A DNA stretch of 64,000 nucleotides from Oikopleura dioica (lineage: Eukaryota > Animalia > Chordata). Positions 47,801-58,614 of this stretch are shown here, one piece after another; the stretch's first letter is position 1; the number at the start of each line of letters is the position of its first letter. Where the stretch lies: the NCBI GenBank assembly GCA_907165135.1, contig OU015569.1, positions 8,804,001-8,868,000 on the forward strand. Reading direction: 5' to 3'. The notes below the pieces were generated by a model. That model was not told the origin of the DNA, did no database searches, and worked only from the letters and a program-made list of their open reading frames with translations. Both the position numbers and the translations under genes were made by a program.

Positions 47801-48737
47801 TAAACACCGGGATTAACTTCTGTACTATAAACGAAGGATTAGAATCTACGCCAGGCCTTCTTCGAATCACTTATTCTATGCATCAGTCCACGTCTTTGGA
47901 GGCAGCCGTAGCTCGGCCCAGGGCGCGCGAATAATAAAATTCAGCCTCGAATTGCCGTTGCTGTATTGTCTGGCCTTGAAAGGTCTTAATTTATTGAAAG
48001 TGGATCTGCGATTAAAATTGTCTCGCTGGCTAATGACATTTACTCTGCGGGACTCTCACAATGGCTACATTTTTTGTGCTTGATAGCGTCAAGTGTATTT
48101 TATTTTAATTTTGTTCAGTGAACTTTGCGGGCTAAGCGAACGTCTGTACAGTATAAACTCTGGTCCCGGTGCAGTTTCAACTTGAATAATATTACATTAC
48201 AGTCAGCATAAATTGCGAGAACGAAGAAGGGTCGTGAAAAGTTAAATGAGAAAAGAAACTTGCCCTGATCAAAATTAAGCCCAAACTTTCAAAACTCGAT
48301 TCGCTGAAAAACGACGTTTTTCTTTTATCGCTAAGAAGGCTGGGATTAATTGTGATCAGGCCAGTTGTTTGTGCATAAAACAGTAGAAAGTGTTTCTTGA
48401 AGCAAAGTAGTTTTACCGCAGTTTTCATCTGGAAGACACAAAAAGTAATTGTATTTACAAAAGAAAAAAATAAAATGAGATTTTCGATTTGTCGCCCTCG
48501 AAATAATTTTTTGGCGGATTTTCCGACCATAATGCTGTAATTGGATTGATTTGGTCTAATCACTTGTTTGATTTTGGCGAATTGGATTTTTGGGCGAAAT
48601 TGAATTCTCATTAGTGAGCGAGATAGAATAGGATAAATAGGATGGCGCTGACCGCAGGGAAAAGTCAGTCGCCATATCCGGCAGAAACGAAGGTTACGTG
48701 AGGTCAGGCAGGGTCACATTCAACGTCGACGCTTGGT

Positions 48738-51052
48738 TTACTCGGCTTCCACGGGAGTGATTTCAGACACTTTCGAGTTCTCCGACTCCACGGGCTCTTC
48801 TTCGATCGTAAGTTCCTTAATTTGACTTCTATCTCTTATCGAAGATGCTTTAACTCACCGCTCTGATTTGGCTGACATCGGCTTTAATCGGAGTCGAGGT
48901 TTCTAGCGCGCCGGGGCTGACGCGCTCTTGCTTCGGCGATGGCGGCATCATCGGTGCAGCAGACAATTCAGTTTCATTCTGATTGACTGGCTCCATCTGA
49001 GTGAGAACAGCCGAGAGCCCAGTGAAGAGCTGGAATGCCAAATTTCGGAGGCCATTGAGATAATCCTTCTTTGCGGTCGTCTGAAAAAGTCATTTCTGAC
49101 CAATTGGAAAGATAAGTTTTCACTCACCATTTCAGCGACAATGTCCGTCACGTTGGGAACCAGTGGGCTAGCCACCCTATTTGCCCCATTCTGCGCCATG
49201 AGGTTTGCGATTGCTCCTTCCAAGGCGGGGTTGACCCCGGGCAAGTTGGGGATCGAAGTAGGCGGTGGGGAGACTCGCGCACGTTTCAGATCGGGTGATT
49301 CAGAACTTGAAACTCAGCATGAAGATTTTCAGTTGAAGTTATTAAATACCTGTCGGGGGCGGCTCGCTTCAATGATGTCGTTTCCGGTGATTTGTTGGTG
49401 GCCGAGAAATGGGGCTGTGGGAAACTGCTGCCTGCATGCACGCGAGCCATCAGGTTCCTTTGAAAAGCGGCCTAAGATATTCGATTAGTTTCAGGAAACG
49501 TCACAATCATGTTGATCAAGGCGCTAGTAAATTAACGCTTCCTACCTGCTGCTGCTGGAAGACGTTGTTTTTGTTGTCTTCGAGGTCATCGTCGCTCTCT
49601 GTTGTGACTGTGGCCTGTTGCTGTGGAGTTGGAAGGCCTGCCACTTGCGACATCGCGTGCGAGAGGATAGTCGGGTTGGGAAGGGGAGAGTTGTGCAGTC
49701 CGCTGAAGAGAGGATTCGAACTGTTCATCAATTGAGCGAGCGCTGCCGGGTTCTCTCTCAGCTGAGGTGGTAGATTCGCCAAGATCTTGCTCAAGTTTGG
49801 ATTCAGCGCCGCTGCGTGGTGAAGATTGTTTCCGAAGACAGACGTCGGCACTTGTGTGGGCGGCTGCACGACTGGCGACGACTGTGACGGCGGCGACTTG
49901 CGCGTTCTGTCCGAGTTGAAGTCCGAATAACTCGCTGAAGAAGTATTGTTGTCGTCCTGCTTGCCGTTTGACTCGGTGGACATGATCTCGGCCATACGGT
50001 CGTACCATTTCCAGTCTCGCATTTCGCCGTGGCCAGCTTCGACGGCGGCGCGACGCTGCCGGAACTGCGCCTTCAGGTTTTGGAGCTTGGCAGTTACTTG
50101 GTCTTTGCAGTAGTTGGCGACTGTGCGTTTGTTGAGCTGCTCCGTAATCTGAAGTTCGGTTTCAAATATGAGAGATACTAATAAGAAGCGCGATAAATGC
50201 AATAAAGCGCGAGAGAAGTATTGGAATCAATTCTGGCATTCATTTTAATCAGCCAAGAGAAGAGCTTGTCTCACTTGGCTCAGCAAAATTGAATTTGTCC
50301 TAAGACAATACCCTTTCAAAACCAATTAATTTTTAGATAAATCTTTTTCACTCAAAATGATGAATATTTATCAAATTATCGCGAATAGGAAAAATATAAA
50401 ATTAAATTACTCAGCCTGTCAGGCGAGATTTTCGGGCGCGATACAATTTGGCTAATTGAATTTGAGTTTGAAATTTTGCTCGAGCGTAACCTTTGGCGAA
50501 ATTCGAGGCCAATTATTTTCTGTTTTGAAAAGTAGCTTTTGTTGCTCGATTTGAAAATTAGAAGAAATTAAGGACAGGGCCGAGGTTCGAGTGAATTTTT
50601 TTTATCTCAACAAGAGCTTAGCGGGACAATGGTCGAGACGCAATTTTGGTAAGCCTTAATTTCAATACTTGTCTTTGTGCGGCGGGACTAAATAAGTCAT
50701 TCAAAAATAATTTCGGTCTCCCGCTACGCTCCCCGAAAGTTTACCTGGTGGAAAGCACCCTTGCCGAGTCTGCCTGAGTCGAGCGTCCTCTCCTCCTGTA
50801 CCATCTTGTAGCAGTCGAGCAGCATCTCAACGTGCGCGTCGGGCATGCGGCTGCGTCCACCGGAGATACCAAAAGCACTTCTACGGGTTCCCACAAGTTG
50901 ATCATGAAATGAGCTAAATTTTCAAATTCGCTATTATATTTTTAGGGACCCAACCTAAGTTGGCTGAGCTGATGGCTCAATGCCTGGTGGCTCATTCCGA
51001 GCCCCAGTTGTCCTCCAAGAGCAGCTGGCAGACCTGCCATTGCGTTCATCAT
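48738..51052 (-). CDS. Myb/SANT-like (trihelix/MADF-type) DNA-binding protein with low-complexity tail, multi-exon
   Basis: RMPDAHVEMLLDCYK...GAFHQ|ITEQLNKR...CKDQVTAKLQNLKAQFRQ...DWKWYDRMAEIM fits the trihelix/Myb-SANT pattern; followed by S/P/Q/N-rich exons; stop 48738-48740. Confidence 0.75.
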
Positions 51053-53079
51053 TATTCTAAAAACGATTATATTTTTGATAACTTGGTTGAGAATTAAGAT
51101 GAATAAGCTTGTAAGTGGCTTTTCGCTATATTTTCAAGACTTCAAGAGTTGTTAGTGACTCCACTACTTGTTAGTTTGTGCAGGGCAAAAGAGCTGGACT
51201 TACCTTTGGTTGTTTGAAATGGTTGGATCGAGGGTGAAATCTCTTTTGGTCAACTAAAACTCTCGCTGGGAAAAGTCAATTTCGAGTATATTATAAACCT
51301 TGTGGTGGGATTGGTATTACAAATGATTGTGTGTTTAATGTGTACGAAAAAATTAACCAGCTTGGGATGGAAATAGCAAAGCTGCACCGCCACCAGCTCA
51401 GGAGCGCCGCCGCGGACGAGCTCGGCGCGCACTCTTGCGCCGCTGATTTTTAAAATCGTCCTAATAATTTTATACTATTTATCTCACCCTCGACTACCTA
51501 GCCCAGCATAACATCAATCGAGTAAAGCACTATCTCAGTTATTTGCTGCTTCGACGAGGCAAAGGAAAGCGTAGAAGGAAGCAGCGTAGCTGCAAGACCG
51601 CGGCCTGGCGGGATCTTGGCGCACAACCAATAATTGGAGTTAGAAAATGACATTTTTGTCAGAACGGCGCTGTTTCTTGGGCGCCAAAGGCGATACGCTC
51701 AGACTCTGGAATACTTGACAAGACGAAAGCATCCCCTGATGCATGAACATCAAGGAAAGATTTTATAGAATTACGCCCTCTTGGAATATCTTCATCGATA
51801 ATTATCGCCGATAATTTATCGGTAAGCTCCAATGGCCATTGCAAATAAAGTCGAACTGTTTTGAGAAAATGTTGACTTTAAAGTTTAAACAGTAATTTGT
51901 TCAAGTATTTTTCCGGGCAAATAAATTGATCGAGCAGTGAATGGGTGGGGGACTCTCGCTGGCTGGGATTTTTGGTCTTTTGTGCATCGTGATTTAGAAA
52001 ACATACAATTACCCTAAATGAAGAATAGCGCAACAATACGTTCAGCTGGCGATGGTTTAACTTATTGAACTAAATGAAATTCCCATTTTATGACCAGACA
52101 CCATGAAAAGTATTTCTTTCGCTTTTGATTGATAGCCTTCATCCGGAAAAATGAAATTAAGAAATATTTAAACGGCTTTTGGGAGGGAGCTAAAAAGGAT
52201 CAAGCGCGTCTCTCGAGCATGAACAGCCTAACAACGCCAGAAGCCTTTGAATAAATGGACTCGATTCTTGGGCACTGAAAGTTTAATCTCGATATTTTCG
52301 CTTGCAATCAGCGAGTGTAAATAGAAAGGACAAAAAGTGGGCGCGTGTAAATTCCTACTTATTTTTGCAAAAATATTGATTACGGATCTGAGCGGAGCAG
52401 ATTTCGGAAATGAAATAAGTGAAAATACATGTTGGCGTTAGAAAGTAAGGTTAGAGGGAAAAGCAATTTAATAAATTTGCAAATTGCAAAATTGACAACG
52501 CCCTGGCTGAGAATGCCATAACTTTGATTGCCACTTGCCGAAATCAATTTATGCAAAACCCTTTATTCGCCCAATTAATCAAAGAGTCAAGCCAATCTTG
52601 CAGCGCGCAGCTCGGCGCCCCAAATGCCTGACCCAACTTTACAGCCGTTAAACTCACTACCGATCTATACTTCCAACAGCTATCTACATAACAGCTACAG
52701 TTGGAAATTAATAAAGTTGATTTGTCGAACTTGTTTCGTTCAGAAGTAGATCAGACTGCGATCCATCAACTGAATGATGTGAAAACCAATGTCCTCTTTG
52801 GCAGATGAACTTGATTTAAAACTTTATTTATCTATATTTATCTTTCACACTAGTTGAGCGGCGACTACCAGTAGTATTTGGCGTTACTGGAGCACTCGCG
52901 CTCTCTGCTAATTAAACATATTACTTCCATCGAAATAATGAGAGTGCACTTTAACGCACAACAGATTTGAATTAATCTAAACTCGCCACTCAAATTGGCC
53001 TTTTCGCGGCTGAGCAAAAGGTCAATTCTACCGCGCTAATCAAATTCCAAAGACGCTAAAAATGGGGATGAGCAATAAA

Positions 53080-53685
53080 GACGATTTTCAATAAGGATTT
53101 CTGAGTGAAATCCTGACCCAACTTTTTTATTAGCTCATCTGAAAGAGCGTAAAAAGTTACCCGAGAAGAGCCCTCAAAATCTTGATTTTTTGTTGAAGTT
53201 GACGTCACAGCACGTGATTGAAGTTCCAAAGTACCGGATTTCTCCTACGCCCGCATTTCCAAGTCCTCTTAGCTACCCGGGCGTTTGATAGCTGAAAATG
53301 ATCGTCTCGTTGAGCTCTAGGTCAGCATCTAGTTTTCATCACATTCCATTCATTTTTTTCAACCCTTTTTGAAATCACCTGTTTGCGAAAAATATTGATT
53401 TTGAGAAAGAAAGGTTGAGAAGGGATGAAAACACGATGCTGACCTAGAGCTCAACTAGACGATCATTTTCAGCTATCATACGCCCGGGTAGCTAAGAGGA
53501 CTTGGAAATGCGGGCGTAGGAGAAATCCGGTACTCTGGAACTTCAATCACGTGCTGTGACGTCAACTTCAACAAAAAATCAAGATTTTGAGGGCTCTTCT
53601 CGGGTAACTTTTTACGCTCTTTCAGATGAGCATATAAAAAAGGGGGGGTCAGGATTTCACTCAGAAATCCTTATTGAAAATCGTC
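53080..53685. mobile_element. Fold-back MITE-like element (606 bp; ~260-bp inverted arms, ~83-bp spacer)
   Basis: 53080-53340 is the reverse complement of ~53424-53685, with about 9-10 mismatches by manual count. Ends GACG...CGTC; flanked by AAA on both sides (possible 3-bp TSD). Confidence 0.9.
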
Positions 53686-54273
53686 AAAACGTAATATCAA
53701 ATGATTGGGCTCGCATCCGGCTCGCAGTGGTTTGCTTTTTTGATCGATGGCGAAATCAACAAAATGTGATTTGGATAGCCGAAATAGACATTTTCGCTAA
53801 CATTTGACCAAAATAGGAATACAAGTGCCAGTCAATAGGCAGCGCAAATAGCCCTAAACGATAATAAACGTCCGCTGGAGCAGCTGATCACTGCCGCCAG
53901 TGATCTGGCCGACCCAGAAAAGTTATGATTACCATTTTCCATGCGCCAGTTGATTCTTATTGAGTCGATCTAAGATCTAACCATTGTTCGCCTGTTGTTT
54001 TAGAAAAGAGTAACATTGTTGGGTTAGCAACTAGGTGAAGAATAACTTGTATTTTTAACACACTTTTAGCTATTGAAACAGTTCGAAATGTAATTGTTCG
54101 CGGCTCTGCTGGGAAAATGAGTTTCCAAAATCTACAAAAGAAAATCATTTCCTCCCTAAGCACCCGCCATTCATCTTTGAGTGCTTCTTGCTCAATACAG
54201 CTCCTGCTGTACTTCGTTTACAGTCGACTGCGTGCCCTTACTATAATAATGAATACTTAAGGGAACCCAGCAC

Positions 54274-54355
54274 GCTGCGATGGCCGAGTGGTTAAGGCGA
54301 GAGATTAGAAATCTCTTGGGGTCTCCCCGCGCAGGTTCGAATCCTGTTCGCAGCG
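54274..54355 (+). tRNA. trnS-AGA: tRNA-Ser (anticodon AGA)
   Basis: Acceptor stem GCTGCGA/TCGCAGC, discriminator G, A-box TGGCCGAGTGG, anticodon arm AGAGA-TTAGAAA-TCTCT, long variable arm GGGGTCTCCCC, B-box GGTTCGAATCC. Confidence 0.95.
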
Positions 54356-54362
54356 AATATCC

Positions 54363-54368
54363 TTTTTT
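54363..54368 (+). terminator. RNA Pol III terminator (T6) downstream of the tRNA
   Basis: TTTTTT starting 8 nt after the tRNA 3' end. Confidence 0.7.
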
Positions 54369-55807
54369 CTAGTGCCAAATTGATCCGAAACTAGAATCTG
54401 GGATCCCAGATTTTTACACAGATTGCGTAGCCCAGACTGGAACGGCCTCTAGAAGAGAACGTGTGAAGAGTGCATTTCGATTAGACTTTGCTTGCGTGGC
54501 TTTTTGCTAATCGAAACTTCAAAGAACGCGTATATCATTGTATCTCTGGCGAAAAAAAAATGAGTATTTCATGTGCCGTTGGGCACTTCCGGTGAAACGA
54601 TCAATTTCGAATTCTATTAGGGCCGGATTACATGAGAAGCTAAGTCCTTATTACAAGTGTGTATTTTCTTTTCTTTATAAAATAACTCTGGTCGGGGCAA
54701 GTTGAAGAGGCTTTTGGCAATTTCGAATTTGACGGATCGGGCGGATTATTATTCAAAATTTTGATTTGGGAGGGGAGGCCACTTCCTGGAGCACTCTTGA
54801 GATGAAAATTAAAAACGGAAGCTATATCCGGCATCAAAAGATAAATTTATACGTTTTCAATAGCCCAGCTCGCTGCCAAATTCGGATTCAGTCAAGTTAC
54901 GGCCAAAAATCAATGTGAAATTAATTAGAAAGATCAATTAGTCTTCCGTTCGACATTATCGCTTATTCTAATTGCTCTCGATAAATACAAGCACTGGAGT
55001 CGATAAGCTGTTTACTGGCACCGCCAATCTTGATTTTAGTAAATTATTCGTATTGACCTTTCCCCGCCCCATTCACGTAACCGAGCTGGTGACTTTGAGA
55101 AATCTCGCAATTTTCCAAGAAGCCAAAACAAGTCACCCTCCTTAATCCCCTTCATCACGCATCGCCCGAAATGACCTGTTCTAGATTCTCATCGAGCCCG
55201 GAAACCCTTTGAACTCTGTTTTGTCTTTGGTAATCTCAAAACGCTACGAAACGTCTTATCGCCCCGAACTCCCTTACTTTTGCATAATTCCTGAAGTTGT
55301 GCTCTCATCAAAACATCTTTCAGTTTCCAAGAATTTCGTCGCATTCAAAACTTTCGAGTAGCTTTCATTCCGACGAGTTAAAATTGTGATTTTCGCTCAT
55401 TAGACGAATTACCCGAGCATTATGGAAAGACGAATTAGATTTCAGGCTATGCGCTAAAACTAATACCATTTTCGGTACTAAACAGTATTTTTCGGACAAA
55501 ATTCAATTCTTCAGGCTTAACTTCATCTCACTAACTCTGTGTGATTTTTATCACCAAGATAATAAATTTGATTAATTCTAATTATACGAAAGTTTTAGCA
55601 AGACTAAAAAGTCGACTACTTTAATTGTAAATGCTGAGAGATATTCATAAAAAAATATGCGTAAGAGGCATTTTTTGATAGTTATTTTAAATAAAATTGA
55701 TAAAATTGGAGCTGAAAACAAGGAAGAGAACTTTTTGGACAGACAGAAGAAGAACTAACAGAAAGAATAGAAAAGACGATTTATCCGGCAGAAAGATTTT
55801 TTTTCTT

Positions 55808-55927
55808 CATACGATGACTGTTTGCATCATCAAATCTAAGCATCGCACCGATTGTTTCGGAGATAATTTATCTATGGTCCATAGATAAATTACTATGGAT
55901 CATAGTCTATGATTCATGCTATCATAG
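55808..55927. repeat. Dispersed copy of an HHAT-like exon fragment followed by short palindromes
   Basis: 55831-55866 matches 61088-61123 at 34/36 nt (22 nt exact); 55808-55818 equals 61078-61088. Followed by hairpins AATTTATCTATG/CATAGATAAATT, ACTATG/CATAGT and CTATGAT/ATCATAG. Confidence 0.75.
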
Positions 55928-56174
55928 GCCATGATTTGATAATTTCGAAATAAAGAAACCATCAAAGCTTAAAAATGGCGCGGATGGTGTCGATTTTTAG
56001 AGCGTTAAACCTACTCATTTCGAATTTCACTCGAAAATCTTAATCATGACGTATGATAGGCCAGTGAACCATTCGTTTTGGTAAACTCTGTCCAATAAGC
56101 TTGCTGACTGACATCTATCGAGTAGACTTCTCAGACACGCTACAACACCCTAGCAAACTGAAGAAAAAATAGAG

Positions 56175-57277
56175 ATGAAGCTTAGGTCCCGAAAAATTGA
56201 CAATGATGGAGCATCGACATCAGCGTCGAAGATAGCGAAAAGAGAGTCGTTCGAGAGTCTTTTCCCTGGAATGCTGGTTTCCTTCGGAAAATATGGCGAG
56301 TGCGTTGGATCTGAGTGCGATGGGTAAGATAAAAAAGTTTGGTGTCTTGATTACGAAGTTAATTTTTAAGAGTTCCAACAAAAATATGGCCCATCCGAGG
56401 CAGAAACTTATGCGAAATTTGTGCAACGAAGGAGTATGGCAGCAACTTCTTCCGCACCGAGCGCACCCATGTTGTGCTTTCAGACGCAAAATTCAAATGC
56501 CCAGCTTACGACAAAGAAGGAAGCTGCAAATCAAAAGACGTTTGTTTCAAGGGATTTTTCATGGGATCATGTTGCGAGCCAGCCTCGAAAGTTCTATTCG
56601 AGAACGAAAAAGGTAAATCATTACCAGTTTTAAAATAGAATAATAACAGTGTATTTACAGCCCAAGAAAAGCAACTTAAAGTTGTTCATTACTATTACAA
56701 TGAGGAATACAAGTACTTGAATGACTATAAGAATGAATGCGAAAAAGCTAAATCCACGGTTACAACGACAGAACAAACCATAAAACGAGACGAAGAAGCC
56801 TTGAAAAAATTGAAGAAGAAAGTAGAGGAAGCAGAAAAATCCCTTGAGGAGAAGAAGAAAGATCTCAAAGACGAGCAGGAGGATTATGAAGCTGAGAAGA
56901 AACTTTTAATCGATCAAGAAAAGGAGAAGAAGGATGCTCTCAAACGATTCAGACAGATTTCGTACGAATATCATTCGGTCGCTGCAAAATTCTCTTTCGA
57001 CGACGAAGTTGAAGCAAAAGGTTTGAATTATTGATGAAACTTTTTCTATCAATTTTTAGAAAATAGAAAAGACAACCAGTATTGCAAATTTTGCAACGAG
57101 GATTACAACGACACACATCGACGAAAATCATTCTTGCCAAGCTGTGGACATGTTGCTTGTCGAGACTGCTTTCGAAATGCTGACGAGGAAGATGGTGTTA
57201 AAATTTGCCCAGTGCATTGGACCACGGGTTGTTTTAACAGATACTTCGATTATAACGTCTGCACCTTATACGAGTAG
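56175..57277 (+). CDS. Cys-rich N-terminus, coiled coil and C-terminal RING-type finger, multi-exon
   Basis: Last exon YCKFCNEDYNDTHRRKSFLPSCGHVACRDCFRNADEEDGVKICPVH (RING-HC spacing, His as the last ligand); coiled coil 56717-57020; earlier exons LCEIC and FKCP...C...C...CC. Confidence 0.7.
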
Positions 57278-57800
57278 TTTGAAAAGTTATCAAAATACTA
57301 TTCAAAAATACGATCAAAAATCGCTTGTTTACTTGCTACCTGCTATTCAAAACTGTCACTGGAAAAAAAAAAACTTGATGATAATTTTCTCAATAGATCG
57401 ACAATCACAACAACAAAAATGAGTTTTCATTTTCAATTCAATGCATTGATTAGCATGGCGAGAAAGTTTAAAAGAGTGCGGAAGAACAAACTGAAATTAA
57501 GGGGGAGTCTTCAAGAATTGACAAAAAAATCTCGACCAAATAAAGGTCTCACTTATCCAAATCTGCTATTGTAACGGTAACATTTGTGATAGAGGGTCAA
57601 GTTTTTGGACGGCATCATCCATTTCAGTTTTGTTTACGGAAAACAAGAGTCAAATATTCTGCAAAGTTTGTTTTTATTTGCAGGTGAATGAGAAGGCAGA
57701 TCTGGTAGCACAAGGTCTGATAGAAAAGCATGCGAAATCGCAATTTGTCGAGAGAATAAAAGAGCAAAAGTGATCTTTAGTCAATATCTTCATTTTTCCT

Positions 57801-58600
57801 CTAATTGAGAGGAACGCCTGTTGATTGTAAAAATTTGCTCAGTTTGGTAACGAATCTGGCAGAGGCGAGCTGAAGAGCCTCGTTGAAGATTTCAGGAATG
57901 AGAAGGCCGGAATTGATTCTCCTCTCCACTTTCGTTCGCGCTATCCAGTCGATGTCAAGACGTTCGTGAGCGTAGGGCTTCAGATAACGAGTATAAATCC
58001 CGACGACTTCCTCCTTGGTGATTTCGCTTTGCTTTTCGGATTGGTTCTGTTCAGTTTGAAGTGAGAGCACACTGAGGACAAAGTTCACATAGGCAATCAA
58101 GTCTGGTAGGCCGATGATTTGGAGAAATTCACGAAAGTCTCGGGTCAAGTCTCCATCGGAAAGTAGAATCTCTACTTCTTTGGGCAGCACAACAGCATCC
58201 AATCTTTGTTCTCTACTTTTTCGGCGGCGTTGCTGGAAAGACGCAATCGCTCGTTGTAAATATCGCGGTTTTTGCATAGTTCTGAAACGTCGAAGTGAAT
58301 ATTTTCGTCTTTTTTCCTATAAGAATACATATTCTCGAGTTCGTGGAGTTTTTATATACTCCGTTGGGAATACTGAGCGCGCTATAGAGCGGCGCATGCG
58401 GCGCGATTCCAGCAACTCTGGATCAACTGGAACTCGAAAAGTTGATCGAACATCCTCTCTCTTCAACAAGGGTTTATTTTTTTTGACTGTTTTCAGCAAA
58501 AGATTCGATTTTGTTCTCGTTTGGGTTAGGATTGACACTGGGCAACATATATGCAACTGATATGTGACCTGGTATTTCATGTAGAAGCCAGTATTTTTAG
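57801..58600 (-). CDS. RGS-domain protein with basic N-terminal region
   Basis: ILLSDGDLTRDFREFLQ...NFVLSV...IYTRYLKPYAHERLDID...IFNEA...KFLQS follows the RGS fold pattern. 5' end uncertain. Confidence 0.6.
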
Positions 58601-58614
58601 GGTTAGGGTTAGGG
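58597..58614 (+). repeat. (TTAGGG)3 telomere-like repeat
   Basis: TTAGGGTTAGGGTTAGGG at 58597-58614. Confidence 0.5.

Noticed and set aside
40203-48611. ORF-track entries such as 40203-40607, 43854-44114, 47090-47359 and 48192-48611
   Set aside because: Non-ATG starts, compositions typical of AT-rich non-coding DNA, and no motifs; treated as chance ORFs.
48928-50008. Long alternative and antisense ORFs over the Myb/SANT gene (and similar ones over JAK, kinesin and the MULE)
   Set aside because: Shadow frames of real coding exons.
55189-55344. 51-aa minus-strand ORF with a SAP-like LMRAQLQELCKSKGV stretch
   Set aside because: The second half of the SAP motif is absent and there is no supporting exon structure.
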